Assembly: GCF_009834535.1 (NCBI RefSeq)
Contig: NC_045696.1
Coordinates: forward strand, 8,868,001 to 8,932,000
Length of the DNA: 64,000 nt
From: Camelus ferus
Lineage: Eukaryota
Reading direction: 5' to 3'
A program made the translations under genes and the position numbers. The notes below the pieces were generated by a model. It was not told the DNA's origin. It did not search any database and was given only the letters and a program-made list of their open reading frames with translations. Below, in pieces: positions 52,480 to 64,000 of this stretch. How positions within the stretch are numbered: position 1 is the stretch's first letter; every line of letters begins with the position of its first letter.

Positions 52480-53250
52480 GCCGGAGAAAGGAAGGAGCAG
52501 CAGCAGGCTCCCACCTGACTTCCCTGATGGTCGCGGTCAATTTTGGCCCGTGGCTCTGTTATGTTACGGGAGAGCAGAGCATCCTTTTGACCCCGAGTCT
52601 GAAGTTTAACCCCCGTGATCCTGCCCAGTTGGATACCTCCATGGTACACTGCACATTTTATCAGTCTGACTGCCAGGAAGCTTGACCACATTATTCCCTT
52701 GATCAGGACTGTCGATCCTGCGCTGTCAGAGATGGCGGGGCGGCAAAGAGGACAGCGGTACCAGTCGCTGGGACCCAACCCCTCCCGTGAGCCGCCGCGC
52801 ACCAGAGCCACAAGTTAACGGTCCGCAGAGGAATCGCGGAGGCTTGGCTTTCAAATCACAAGGAAAAAAACAATCCCTATTGGCAGCTGAAGACACAGCC
52901 CCTCTGGGGACCAATTATTCCATTTTGCGCTGTCCGTACCGCGGCAGGCTGCTGCCAGCCCCCCTGGGAGCCGCTCTGCTGGGCTTCCCTATCCGAGGCC
53001 AGGCTGGTGCCCCAGACACAAGTTGTTCTTCATGTCAAAACTGCCGCTAATGACACAATTAAGTAACTGGGGACTACAGAGAAGCTCTTAATTAGGTAAA
53101 TAGGGCTCTCTGAGAAATGATTGCCCAGTTTTAGGCTAGCCATTGCTGTCAGATTGCTAAAAGATGCACACTCTGTGAAAAAGCGAAGCAGCATTTTAAA
53201 GACCCAAATTCTCCCTGACTGTTTCTTCCTATTTAGTAGTAGAGGATACT
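52480..53250. promoter_or_regulatory. CpG-enriched unique segment, candidate regulatory element
   Basis: Locally high GC and CpG density (gagccgccgcgc, aatcgcgg, gtaccgcggc), a GC box ggggcggc, and TAAT-rich unique sequence at 53040-53110. Confidence 0.35.
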
Positions 53251-53470
53251 TAGCATGTTATTAGAAAGAGCATGGGCTGCTGAATCTTAAGAATTTACAC
53301 CCTTTAGTTTTGCAAAAGGAAAAGAATTGCGTGGGGAGGAAAGAATTACTTAACCTTCTCCCAGGTACCGAACAGTTTGACTGTATGTGACCATCTTTTG
53401 GAATCTCTAAACAACTGGTACCATCTTACATGGACCAAACTAAATTCACACACATTTCAATTCATTTCTT

Positions 53471-54057
53471 TTTTTTTTTTTTTTAACATTTTTTATTGAT
53501 TTATAATAATTTTACAATGTTGTGTCAAATTCCAGTGTAGAGCACAATTTTTCAGTTATACATGAACATATATATATATTCATTGTCACATTTTTTTCTT
53601 TGTGAGCTACCATAAGACCTTGTATATATTTCCCTGTGCTATACAGTATAATCTTGTTTATCTATTCTACAATTTTGAAATCCCGTCTATCTCTTCCCTC
53701 CCCCTATCCCCTTGGCAACCATAAGTTTGTATTCTATGTCTGTGAGTCTATTTCTGTTATGTATTTATGCTTTATTTTTTTGTTTTGTTTTGTTTTGTTT
53801 TTAGATTCCACATATGAGCAATCTCATATGGCATTTTTCTTTCTCTTTCTGGCTACTTCACTTAGAATGACATTCTCCAGGAGCATCCATGTTGCTGCAA
53901 ATGGTGTTATGTTGTCGTTTTTATGGCTGAGTAGTATTCCACTGTATAAATATACCACATCTTCTTTATCCAGTCACATGTTGATGGACATTTAGGCTGT
54001 TTCCATGTCTTGGCTATTGCAAATAATGCTGCTATGAACATTGGGGTGCAGGTGTCA
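53471..54057 (-). mobile_element. Young (camelid-type) 5'-truncated L1
   Basis: Intact poly-T tract, and close similarity to the L1 3' end at 12240-12727. TSD caattcatttctt (53458-53470) / caattaatttctt (54058-54070). Confidence 0.9.
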
Positions 54058-55488
54058 CAATTAATTTCTTGTTTAGAACCTCCTGGCCCCTCTTGCCCTC
54101 CCCATGAATCATATGCTTCAATATTTTTTTCTAATCATTCTTATTTATATTGTTTTTCATATCAGGTTATATTTAAGGCTGTTGAAGATTAGCAGCAAAC
54201 TTTTTTTTTGTTTTTACCACCCATTGACTATATTTTTATGAGCTCCATTTTAGCCAGGAAGCTGGAAGGGCCACATCCCCCTGGCAGATCTGAATGTGAT
54301 TTTGCAAAGTAGTTCTCACACTCCCTTCCTCTCATACTGTTTGGATTTTGGTGTTGTTTTATATACTTTTAATAAGGAAACCACTTGTCTCATTAAGAAT
54401 CTGAGTCAATGCTTTTTAAAGACTCTCCTGCTATTTAATGTTTTCTTTCTTTGATAAACAAACCTGGAAATTCAGGTTTTTTGTATTACAAAGTGATAAA
54501 CTAAAACGTTTTTTCCCCATTATTTGTTGACCCAGTTATTTATTATTCCCAAATATTTATTATGTGTTAATATTTATAGAAACAATAGGCATATCTGCTT
54601 TCATCATTTTTTACCCTCTTGCTTCATTCTTCTTATCAGACTAGGTGATTCTTTTCTCAAGTGGAAGTTTAGACGGTCATATGGAGAATATGGAAAAGTC
54701 AGCACATTGCTTGAGGATAGAAAAATGATGTGGTGAAGACCATATTGTCAGAAAGGTATCAGAGCATCCGTTTGTCATGGTTCTCATTGGATAGGTCTCA
54801 GCTGTATGCAGTGACTTATTCTTAGTGCTAATTTTTTATACTTTCATTAACCCAATCATATAGCTAGAAAGTTAAGATCGGTGGATGAGAGAAAGAATAA
54901 TCTACCTTTTCTATGCTTCCCTCTCGCCTGTGACCCTCACTCCACTTTCCCTCTAATGTCCCTGCCATCTGGCCAGCTCTGCAGACCCCTCCCCCATCAG
55001 CACCCTCTTCCATGACAACCTGAGAGGCTGAAGAACCATTGTCTTTTCTCAACTTGACATCAGATGACTTGACCGATATCCACCTTTACTCACAGGCCCC
55101 ACCTCTGACGTTCATGCTCTTTGTCCCAGATGGGGCCTCTTCCCCCTCCCTGCTTAACTTCGTTTTTCCCATTTGATACTCCTAAGCCCCGTCCAGCCGA
55201 CGTTCTGTGGTCAGACATTTCAACTCTGCTCTCACGCTCAAACCAGAGCCTCAAGGTTCCTTTGACCTACTCTTGGGCTGCCAAGTCAACCACAACCCCA
55301 GCTCACTTTCAGGGTTGCTTTTCAGTTCTTGATTTTTAGACTTCAGTGCGTCACTGAAAAAAGTCACAGGCACTTGCAGACCTGACCCTTGCATGGTGCA
55401 ATCTTGGTTCTGATCCATTAATCTTTTATTCCTTTGGGCCGTAGAGCTTATATATGTGTTCCAAAGAAGCTGAAGTTTGCCTTTCATC

Positions 55489-55633
55489 TTTTTTTTGTTT
55501 CTCGTTTGTTTGTTTTTTGGTCGGGGGAGGTAACTAGGTTTATTTATTTATTTTGATGGAAGTCCCAGGGATTGAACCCAGGACCTCATGCATGCTAAGC
55601 ATACACTTTACCACTGAGCCATACCGTCCCCTC
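55489..55633 (-). mobile_element. Vic-1-like camelid tRNA(Ala)-derived SINE
   Basis: gggattgaacccaggacctcatgcatgctaagcatacactttaccactgagccatac, similar to the copy at 4932-5070. Approximate TSD tgcctttcatc / tgcctttcccc. Confidence 0.85.
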
Positions 55634-56284
55634 TGCCTTTCCCCTTTTGAAACCCAATCTTGATACTACCTCTTGCTTTTTACTCATTTAGCCAAGGTTT
55701 TTTGACCATCTTTTACATGCTATGATGACTATGTCAATGCTGAAGATACTAAAGACAGCAGGCAGTGTGCCTCCCTTCAAAAATTTAGTAGCAGTGATGG
55801 GAAGATTGTGGAGAGGACGGGTAAGTACATAGAGGGCAGAAAGAAGGGAAAACAAAGTGAGACTTGGCACCTGGGAAGGATTCCGCAGGTCATTTCGCTG
55901 CCTTTATTTGATGAAATCAACAGCATCCAGCATGAGCTCCCTTAGCTAGTTTCCTCTGCAAAGAATTTCACCCTCTCTGATTCCATCTTTAACTCCACTC
56001 CAGGCTTAGAGAAGATGCTGCTCTTTCTTCATTATAAGTCAAACTTTCCATCTACCCCTGTAATGCCATTGTCTCCATCTTACTCAGGCACCCCACCGTG
56101 TAAATGGTCACTCTTAACAGAATAGTAAATCTCTCTTTTCCCACTGGCTTCTTTCCCATTGCCTTCAAAACTGCACAGGTAACCTGGGTACCGGTTAAGC
56201 TCTGCTGCTCACCTTTACAACACGCTGCTTTCACTACAAATTATCTGGAAAGAATCTCAGTTCTCGACCCCATTTACCTCTTTT

Positions 56285-56920
56285 TTCTAGACTTTTGAAA
56301 GACTAGTAAATATATCATATGTTCAAAAAGGAATAAAGAATAGTATAATGAAATATATCTTATTGATTAGTTAGTAAAATTAATACAAATAGTATAATAA
56401 TGACTCCTGGGCTTATTATCCAATAAAGTATTAGAAATGAAGCATTACCCGGTCATTATGTCTCTTGATGTCATTCTCCTCCCAGCCTCATGGAAAGAAC
56501 CACTCTCTGGATTTGGTGTTTCTCATTCCCATGCATTTATCTGTACCTTTACTACATGCACGTCTAAAATACATGTACAAATTTGTGTATAAACTCCAAA
56601 ATAAATGGTGCCACACCTATGTATCCTTCTTCAAATGGTTATTTTCATTCAGTACTCTATGTTTTGAGATAGATCCATGCTGATACATACATTTTGCTCC
56701 CAAATTGTATTACATTGTGTATTTTGAGTGCATGTCCTCACACACACAAAGATATACATAGCTAAGTCCCATTCATAATCCATTTTCCTGATGTTAGAAA
56801 TTTAGGTCTTTTTAATATGTTTACAATTTTTGGCCAAGAATATTCTTGTTTGTGTCTTCCTATGCACATGTGCAAGAGTTACTCTTGGGTAGAGGCTTGG
56901 AGTGGAATTTCTGGGTTGTT
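56285..56920 (-). mobile_element. Old L1ME-like 3' region
   Basis: ttttcattcagtactctatgttttgagatagatccatgctgat...tgcaagagtt...gagtggaatttctggg. Confidence 0.55.
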
Positions 56921-59900
56921 TGAATGAATGGGTGGAAACAACACTGTCACTACCAGCTTGATCACACATCACCTTGGAAACATGGAGCCCATTTTACGAC
57001 TGTAAAAAAAATGAGGCAAAAAGAGGTAACATGTCATGATGGCATAATTATGGTGTGACACAAAACACAAATCTTGATTCTAAACCTCTGTGAAATAATC
57101 ACTGCACGTAGCTTCCGTAGGTAGGTTGAAAGACATTGGAACCCAAGAATTAGACTTCAAAATTTGAGTTTCCAGCTAACTTTTCTATTTGAAAACATTT
57201 GCTCAGGCATTAGATGTTTAAATGTCTTTTCTCATCTCTCTGTCTTTTTAATTAAAAAAACTAGAGCAGTCTTTTCTCATTGATCTAACCAGGACAAGCT
57301 TGGCCAGATAATTCCAGAAGACATATGTGACTCTCATGACTGAGATCCAAGTTAGTTTAAATTAACCCACTGTGGCAGTTTGCAAATTCCTTCCCTACCC
57401 TGAGCAGTTTTTTCCTCTGCTCAAGTATGGTCACTAACAACTGTGCGATGGTTCTGAAACCAAAGCCACAATTGCAGTGCCTAAATTTAGGCCATTGCCT
57501 TGTGTTGCCAATTTAGAGAAGATGTGGTTAAACCAACAGTCACTTAGGCTGCTGACATTTCTGATGTTTTGAATTAAAAATAAAAGTCACTTTTTCTTCT
57601 ATAACAAAATTAATTTCCCATTGACATAGAAGTTCCTTGGCACATTCGTCATGATATTTCTCATCCACATAATAGACTGAACATTTCAACCTAGAAGCCT
57701 CATGGGATAGTAATTTGCCAGTATTTAATACTTATTCTGTTTCAGTGCTTCCAGTAAATAGAAAGAAACCTTTTCTATTTTTTAAAAATTTTCTGTTTGT
57801 GACATATTTGTATAACTGGCATTAGTGTATGACAGTTTGTAAGTGTACTGATGACACTTATAGGAGAAAAGTCAGAACACACTGAGATGCCTGGAAAGAT
57901 GGAAGATTTCCTCTGGGAAATAAACAGCATTGATTTATTTCCTTCTTGCCTACCAGTATAGATTAACTGGCACACGAAGATATCAACAAAAATGCTGGCA
58001 CAGCCATAGACAAAGATATCAGGATTTCCCATCTAGAGCAGAACGGATGGATATGACTCCCACCACAGTGCATAGAAATGCCAAAAATGTACCTTTCCCT
58101 CAGAACATTCCTGATGAGTTTCAGAAGATTCCAACCCATGTTTGGAGACACAGAATCTCTTGCACAACCTAAGCTATATGGGGAGTTTCCTCTTATGGGT
58201 TTGGGATTAGAAAGAGACAGTATGCATGTGAGATAGTTGGTGATGGAAAATAATAGCCATTGATTTGCAAAAAGAAAAAGAAGGTATTTTTAGAAGAAAT
58301 TCTTGCTTTGTATTAAGGAATCTAGTCAAGTGGTTGAGAAAATATTTTTTAAAAAGCTCTGTAGAGGTCACTTTGCATGTGAGTGGCCTCTTGATTCTGA
58401 TTTGATTATTAGGACTAAATGCATAATTCCTCATGTCAATGGGAGTAATTGAAACCAAACCAAACTTTGATTCATCAACACTGGGTTCTGGCCAAGAACT
58501 CCCTTCCTTCTTATTGTGACCTGAAAGTCATGCAATTAATTTCAAGTCCTCTTTAGTCTGTCTTTATTCTTTCCCTGGTGGCAGATGTTACAAATAGTTA
58601 AATTTCTTGAGTAATTAGGAGCAGGTATAACAAAACTAGACCTTCTCCACCTCCCGTATTATCAATTAAAAACCAGTTAAATTGTGCCTACAAATGATAG
58701 GGCAAATGCTCACATCACCTTGGTTTTCTGATTACTCATTTTTTAAATAAAAGGTGGGTGACATAGAAAAATATTTATTCATATGCTCAGTAACAAATTT
58801 TTCTTAGAAGCTTTTGACAACAGGAGTGTATTTTTTAAAGACCTAGAACTGAATGGCAAAAAAAAATAAGAGAGATGAATTGAACAACCACCACCAAAAA
58901 AACCTGGGTAAATGATATTTCAATTTTAGTAGAATACAGAAGCAGTAAAGAATTAAATTAAAAGGATATAAACTAGTTCGGGGAGGTTTTGCTTTTAGAT
59001 TAAATTACTGAGAAAGACTTAGTTTCCTTTAATGAAAAACATCATCATTTTTTAAGAGCTGACAGACTGCAGAAGGATTAACAAGTTTAAAAAAGAAGAG
59101 TATAAATGTAAATAAATGGATCATTTTCTAACCATCGCTGAGCCACTCTGAGCAGCAATGCCGTATGAACCCATGTCCTAAATAGACCTGCCTTGGTAAG
59201 GAATGTGTTTGAATGGGAGAAAGATCGATGACCAGATGGTAATGATTCAATGCATGTCATTTCCTTCATTGTTGCTAAGGAAGGGTCTTGGCTGAATCTT
59301 TGGAAGCCATGGCCCTTTGAAGTGGTCTTTTCCCCAGACTTAAAGCCATTGCCTTGACCTGGCTGAGTCGTTGAAGAAAATGCCTTGGGAAGCTTAGATG
59401 TACGGGAGCCTTGACACCAGTGTCTTGCCCACTTCCTAACTCAGAAAATTACCTTCTGATTATCAATGCTCTCTTCTTGTGGCTCTATTTTTAAAAGATT
59501 AATGACTCTGGTTGGAATCTAATTTCCTTTTTGAATTAATGCTGCAAATTTAATGGGCCAGCTGGTCACATTTCAAAGGATAAACAAATGGCTCTCCTTG
59601 TTAGAGTCAGGGTCACAGTTGTAACTCCTCAGTGACTCACAAGCCACGGGTGTACACAAAGGATCAGAATTTGGGATGAGAAGCCACCAATAGTCATGAG
59701 GAGGCCCAGCAGGAGTAGCTGGAGAACGTGTTCCTCATCTTTCTTCCAATCTATTCAGTAGTCTGATTTTTCCAGGCATCACTAGTGTTGAAGTTGCTGT
59801 GGGAAGGAAGCACACAAGTCCCCACGAACCCCTTTGCTTGGGATGCACATGTGCAGACAGATACACCCAACTCACTGTAAGCTCCATGAGGGCAGGGCCT

Positions 59901-60915
59901 GTATTTCCCAAACCTGGCACAATGCTTAGCACATGGTGTGTGTTCAGTACACATTTATGGAAGGAAGGAAGTCCTTCTGACTTTCTTTCTGACTTTCATC
60001 CCCCTTTCTACTGGTGCAGTCCTGGGGATGGTCCTGAAGAACCCACCACCAAAGAGCAGAGAGTTGCTCTCTGTGTGTGCTCACACTTGCTGGTGCACGA
60101 GCCCACGTACAAGCTCTCGCATCCGCACAGGCACAATGAGGGCTACCCAGAAGCATTTTCTACAAATAGGACAAACACTGATTTCTTCCATTGGGAAAAC
60201 TGACCTCCTCAAAGCCTCCATGGCTCTCTATCCTGACCCACTTCTCATGACCTGCAGACTTCCCTCATAACATGGTCACTGTTAAAGGGTCACATAACTT
60301 TGGAGGTGCAGTGTCTTTGACATGCTTTCTTTTTTTTGGACAAAATTATTTTCAGTAATAGTCATCTTATGATCTGCAATAATCATGATTTTCTTGATTC
60401 ATTCTTTAATTTTAAACCAAATGATATGTGTAAATAAATTAATTTCAGTTTTAAAGATAGTGTTGAAATTCTATTCAATAGTCTGTGTAGGAACTAAAAT
60501 CTGCACTTTCCAAGTAAGATGATTACCCCTTGCAGCTGGCACTCTGTCTGACTATTTTAAATTTTAAATGTGAATAACTTTTCTAAATGGACAAAGAGAA
60601 CAAAACAATTGGAGTAACTCAAGTTCAGTTTCTTCTACTTTAGAGTCAGAGAGCTGTCATGACGCTTTTTGAACCTACTCTTCAGAGGGGAGAATATTAT
60701 AAGGGTTGGAGTGAAGAATGGAGCCCAACCAGTGACAAACTTACTCTCAAAACAAACGCAAGTAGCTGAGTCTATGTACCTGGGAGTCATAGAATTAATT
60801 TCCATGTAGAATACAATGTTTATTAAAGGACGAGTAATAAAAATGTGCTAATTGAAGTTGACATATATATTATCAAAACTCAGCAGTAAGTGCAGCAATT
60901 GTTTATAACTTAGAC

Positions 60916-61142
60916 CAAGCGGTGGCAAATATTTTTCTGTAAGAGCCAGATAGTAAATATTTTATTCTCTGCAGCCATCTGGTCTCTGTCACAACTACTT
61001 AACTCTGCCTTTGTAGCACAAAAGAAAGCAGCCATAGATAATATGTAAATGAATGAGCATGGCTGTGTTCCAATAAAACTTTATTTATAAAACCAGACAA
61101 CCAGCTGGATTCAACCCAGGGGCTATAATTTGTCAAACTCCT
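60916..61142 (+). mobile_element. MER58A hAT MITE
   Basis: ggcaaatatttt...gccagatagtaaatatttt...gagcatggctgtgttccaataaaactttattt. TSD acttagac (60908-60915) / actaagac (61143-61150). Confidence 0.85.
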
Positions 61143-61437
61143 ACTAAGACCAACAAAAGACTTTCTTGGAAGGAAGAGTATTTTATCATTGACTTTGTTT
61201 AGAGTGACTGGCTTTTAGTCAGTTTCATTATTGTATTAAAATTCTCTAGGGAAAATGTACCCCCTTACTGCCAAAGCTGGGTTGTACCCCACTGCCTGCC
61301 CTTGGCACCCCATTTTCTACTTCTAACTGTGGTGTAGGCCCTTGAAGGCACAACTGATGTCTAGCTGTTCTTGGTGGCCCCAGTATCTACCACAGGGCTT
61401 AATACTTCAAGTGTGTTTAATAATTATTTTTGAAATA

Positions 61438-61625
61438 CAGTTGACCTTTGAGCAATGGGGAGATTAATCCACGTATAACTTATAGTCAGAATTCCATACC
61501 CCTGGTTCCTCCACATCCCTGGATTTAACCAGCCATGAATCATGTAGCCATGACCCGTATATTGAAAAATACTCACGTATAATGGACCCACGCAGTTCAA
61601 ACCCATGTTGTTCAGGGGTCAACTG
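61438..61625. mobile_element. Tigger2-family MITE
   Basis: Terminal inverted repeats cagttgacctttgagcaa / ttgttcaggggtcaactg, preceded by TA. Confidence 0.8.
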
Positions 61626-62654
61626 AGATTGATCCAGCTATTCCTTAGATTTAAACCAAGGCTTAACATACTAATTACCTTTATGCAAATTATTTAATGT
61701 ATTCCTAGCAGACTTTAGAAAAATAAAATATTATATGTACACTAACCATATTTATACTTCTCCTCCTACCAGTAAATAAGCTTCTCCCAGTATCCGTCAA
61801 AACACAGGTCTGTAATTCTTACAACTACTATTTATTTATATACTTAGGGGTAGCTTTTCTTCAACAAATAGATCTAAAATTCCCATTCTTTTTTTTCTGC
61901 TGCTTCTCCTCCGTCTTTTACTAGAGTCATAGTCTCCCAACTCATTCCTTTCTGTTTTGTTTGCAAACAAAACTTACTGTGTTTTTATTGGTTTCAGCAT
62001 TTCTGCTGCTACCACTGCAACTCTTTTATGCCCGATCGGAATTCTTTGTTTTTCCTTCTTTCTCAGCCCCACAGCCTGCTTCTCTGAGGCCACAGCTTGC
62101 CCATCCTTCTGTCTTGTGATCTTAGCCAACTGTCTCGAAGCCTTTGCCACGGCACGTTAAGAGAACAGGTGTTACTGTATCACACTCTTCATGTCCCCCA
62201 CACAGGCAGGTGCTGCTTCTCCTAAAACAGATGCCTGTTGGCTTTCGCCATCAATGTGTTTTGTAAAATATCCCAGATGACCTCTCCCCCTGGCCTGAAA
62301 TCTCCCATTTTCTGAAGATGATTCCTTTCCCTGGATGTGTTTCCTCTCACCCATCAGTTTCTGGCAGAGTGTGAATCTCGATGTCCCCTTACATTTCCCT
62401 TCCTGATACCTAGTAGAGTGTCAGTTAGAAGCAAGTCCCGAGAGCCAGCACAGTGCGAGCGGACGCCAGATTCTCCTTGTTAGCAGACAGCCTTGAGAAA
62501 ATGTCCTCTGTGAGCCTCAGTTTATCTTGTCTTTAAAATGAGGACATTACCATATTTCACAGAGTTGATGTGGAGATAAAATTAGACAGGAAAAACAGCT
62601 GATCTACAGCCTGGCTCCAGCAGGAACTCAGCTCGTGGTATTAGAATATTATTT

Positions 62655-62730
62655 TTTGGGCCACCATGTCCAGTTGTGCAGTTTGTGCACTGCCCAAAAG
62701 TGCCCAATCAGCTCTGAGGGGAATGAGTGG
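62655..62730 (+). mobile_element. MER91-like hAT-Tip100 fragment
   Basis: gggccaccatgtccagttgtgcagtttgtgcactgcccaa. Confidence 0.5.
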
Positions 62731-64000
62731 GAACTGAGAGGATCTTTTTTTTTTTTTTTTTTTTTTGGCCATTTCTCTTCTTAGAGGACTCTCCACACGT
62801 TGGAATGTGTCTTCTTAAATGTCTGTCTTTGGTTCGATTAATCTGCCAGGAGGGGCATCCTTCGTGAGAGGGGGCTTGTTAATCTCTTTTAGGTCTTTTA
62901 CCTCTAATGTCACTCACAGGCTGCTGCTCCTTCCACTCTCCCTAGGCTCCCTCTGGAAGGCTCTCCCCTTCTCCGGCTGGTCACAGACCCAACACCAGGG
63001 CCCACGTGGTGGCTCACACCCTGTTCTTCGTTGGGTGGAGGACAGCTGTCTTACCTTTCAGTTCAAGCAGGTGACAGCTACTGACCGTACCAGCTCTGTG
63101 TTGGGGAGGGGATTCTGATGCGTTTCCTTGGCTCATGGCTGAGTGGAGGAGTGAGATGTAAAAAGGAACAGAATGGCCATGGAAGGGGAGGTGCTGGACA
63201 GCAGAGGTGACTCACAGGACCCTTAGGGCAGCAGAAGGGCCCCTGCCAGGCCTCGACATGGACAAGCCTGCCTGGAGGAAGCCATATCTGTGTCAGCTCT
63301 TAAAAGATGGAGAGTTGTCAAGTGCAGTCAGATAGACAAAAGCCTTCTGGGATGAAGGAATTTGAGATACAAATTAAAGCTCATAATCCCAGGGTTACAC
63401 ACCATGTCAATGCACGGGCCCCTGAGTGGTCTTACGAGAACCTTTGAATCCCCATGTGTTCACCTTCTCAAGCTTCCTTTGTCTTCGGTGTTCCCCGGAA
63501 GTCATCAGGACGGTGTTGTTGTAGCCTCTGAGAGCTGAGGGAAGGGACCCTGAGACCTGTCCCACTTGGCTGAGGGCTGAGAGTGAGTTTGTCCCCGGAC
63601 AGTTCTCAGGCCTTGCTTGACCCCAGGCTTGGCCTTTATTCCAGCTTAGCCCGGCTGTAACCAGATCCCCGTGGCCACTTGCAGCAAAGCCAAAACCCTG
63701 TTCCCAGAAGAAGGGATGCCAGCACCCAATGGGCAGCCTCTCCCCATCCATACCTTTGACCCAGTTCGCCCAGGAAAACAGCACTTCTGAGAGCAAGCTG
63801 CCCTTGGCTTTCTTCAGGAGCTGGGGTGAAGAAGCCATTGTGTTTCCACGTAAGGATTGTTCTTTCCCCTCAGAGGAAGCCCAGAGAAGGCCAGGGCCAT
63901 GTCCTTCAGCTCTGCCGTCACTGCAGTCACTGCGAGCCTGTGCAGAGAATCAGCACCAGAGCAGCAGCTGGGGTGCAGCTCTCAGCACAGGGGGAGACCC

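Noticed and set aside
57930..58172. 80-aa ORF after a pyrimidine tract and AG
   Set aside because: Unrecognised peptide, weak donor, no supporting neighbouring exons.
63407..63838. 143-aa ORF containing ALRGYNNTVL, reminiscent of kinesin GYN.T
   Set aside because: No P-loop (GQTGSGKT) follows and no other motor motifs are present.
1..64000. CRISPR arrays, operons, rRNA or other prokaryotic systems
   Set aside because: The sequence is mammalian and repeat-rich. I saw no regularly spaced repeat-spacer array or gene-dense segment.

Overview
This is mammalian non-coding DNA, most likely from a camelid: it carries two Vic-1-type tRNA(Ala)-derived SINEs and several young L1 3' ends. I recognised no intact protein-coding gene. 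The long ORFs are L1 ORF2 remnants, microsatellite read-through or unrecognised. The window opens on what looks like the end of a 3' UTR with poly(A) signals, and the rest is rich in interspersed repeats (L1, L2, L3/CR1, MIR, MaLR/ERVL LTRs, hAT and Tigger DNA transposons) with a few enhancer- or CTCF-like unique segments. The most notable observation is a heavily decayed minus-strand segment at about 41.2-42.4 kb. Its translation carries a collinear series of motifs resembling the bornavirus nucleoprotein, making it a candidate endogenous bornavirus-like N element (EBLN). A MER5B transposon appears to interrupt it near the C-terminus, which would make it very old. All repeat family names and the bornavirus comparison come from remembered consensus and protein sequences, not from searches. 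Boundaries of old repeats are approximate.
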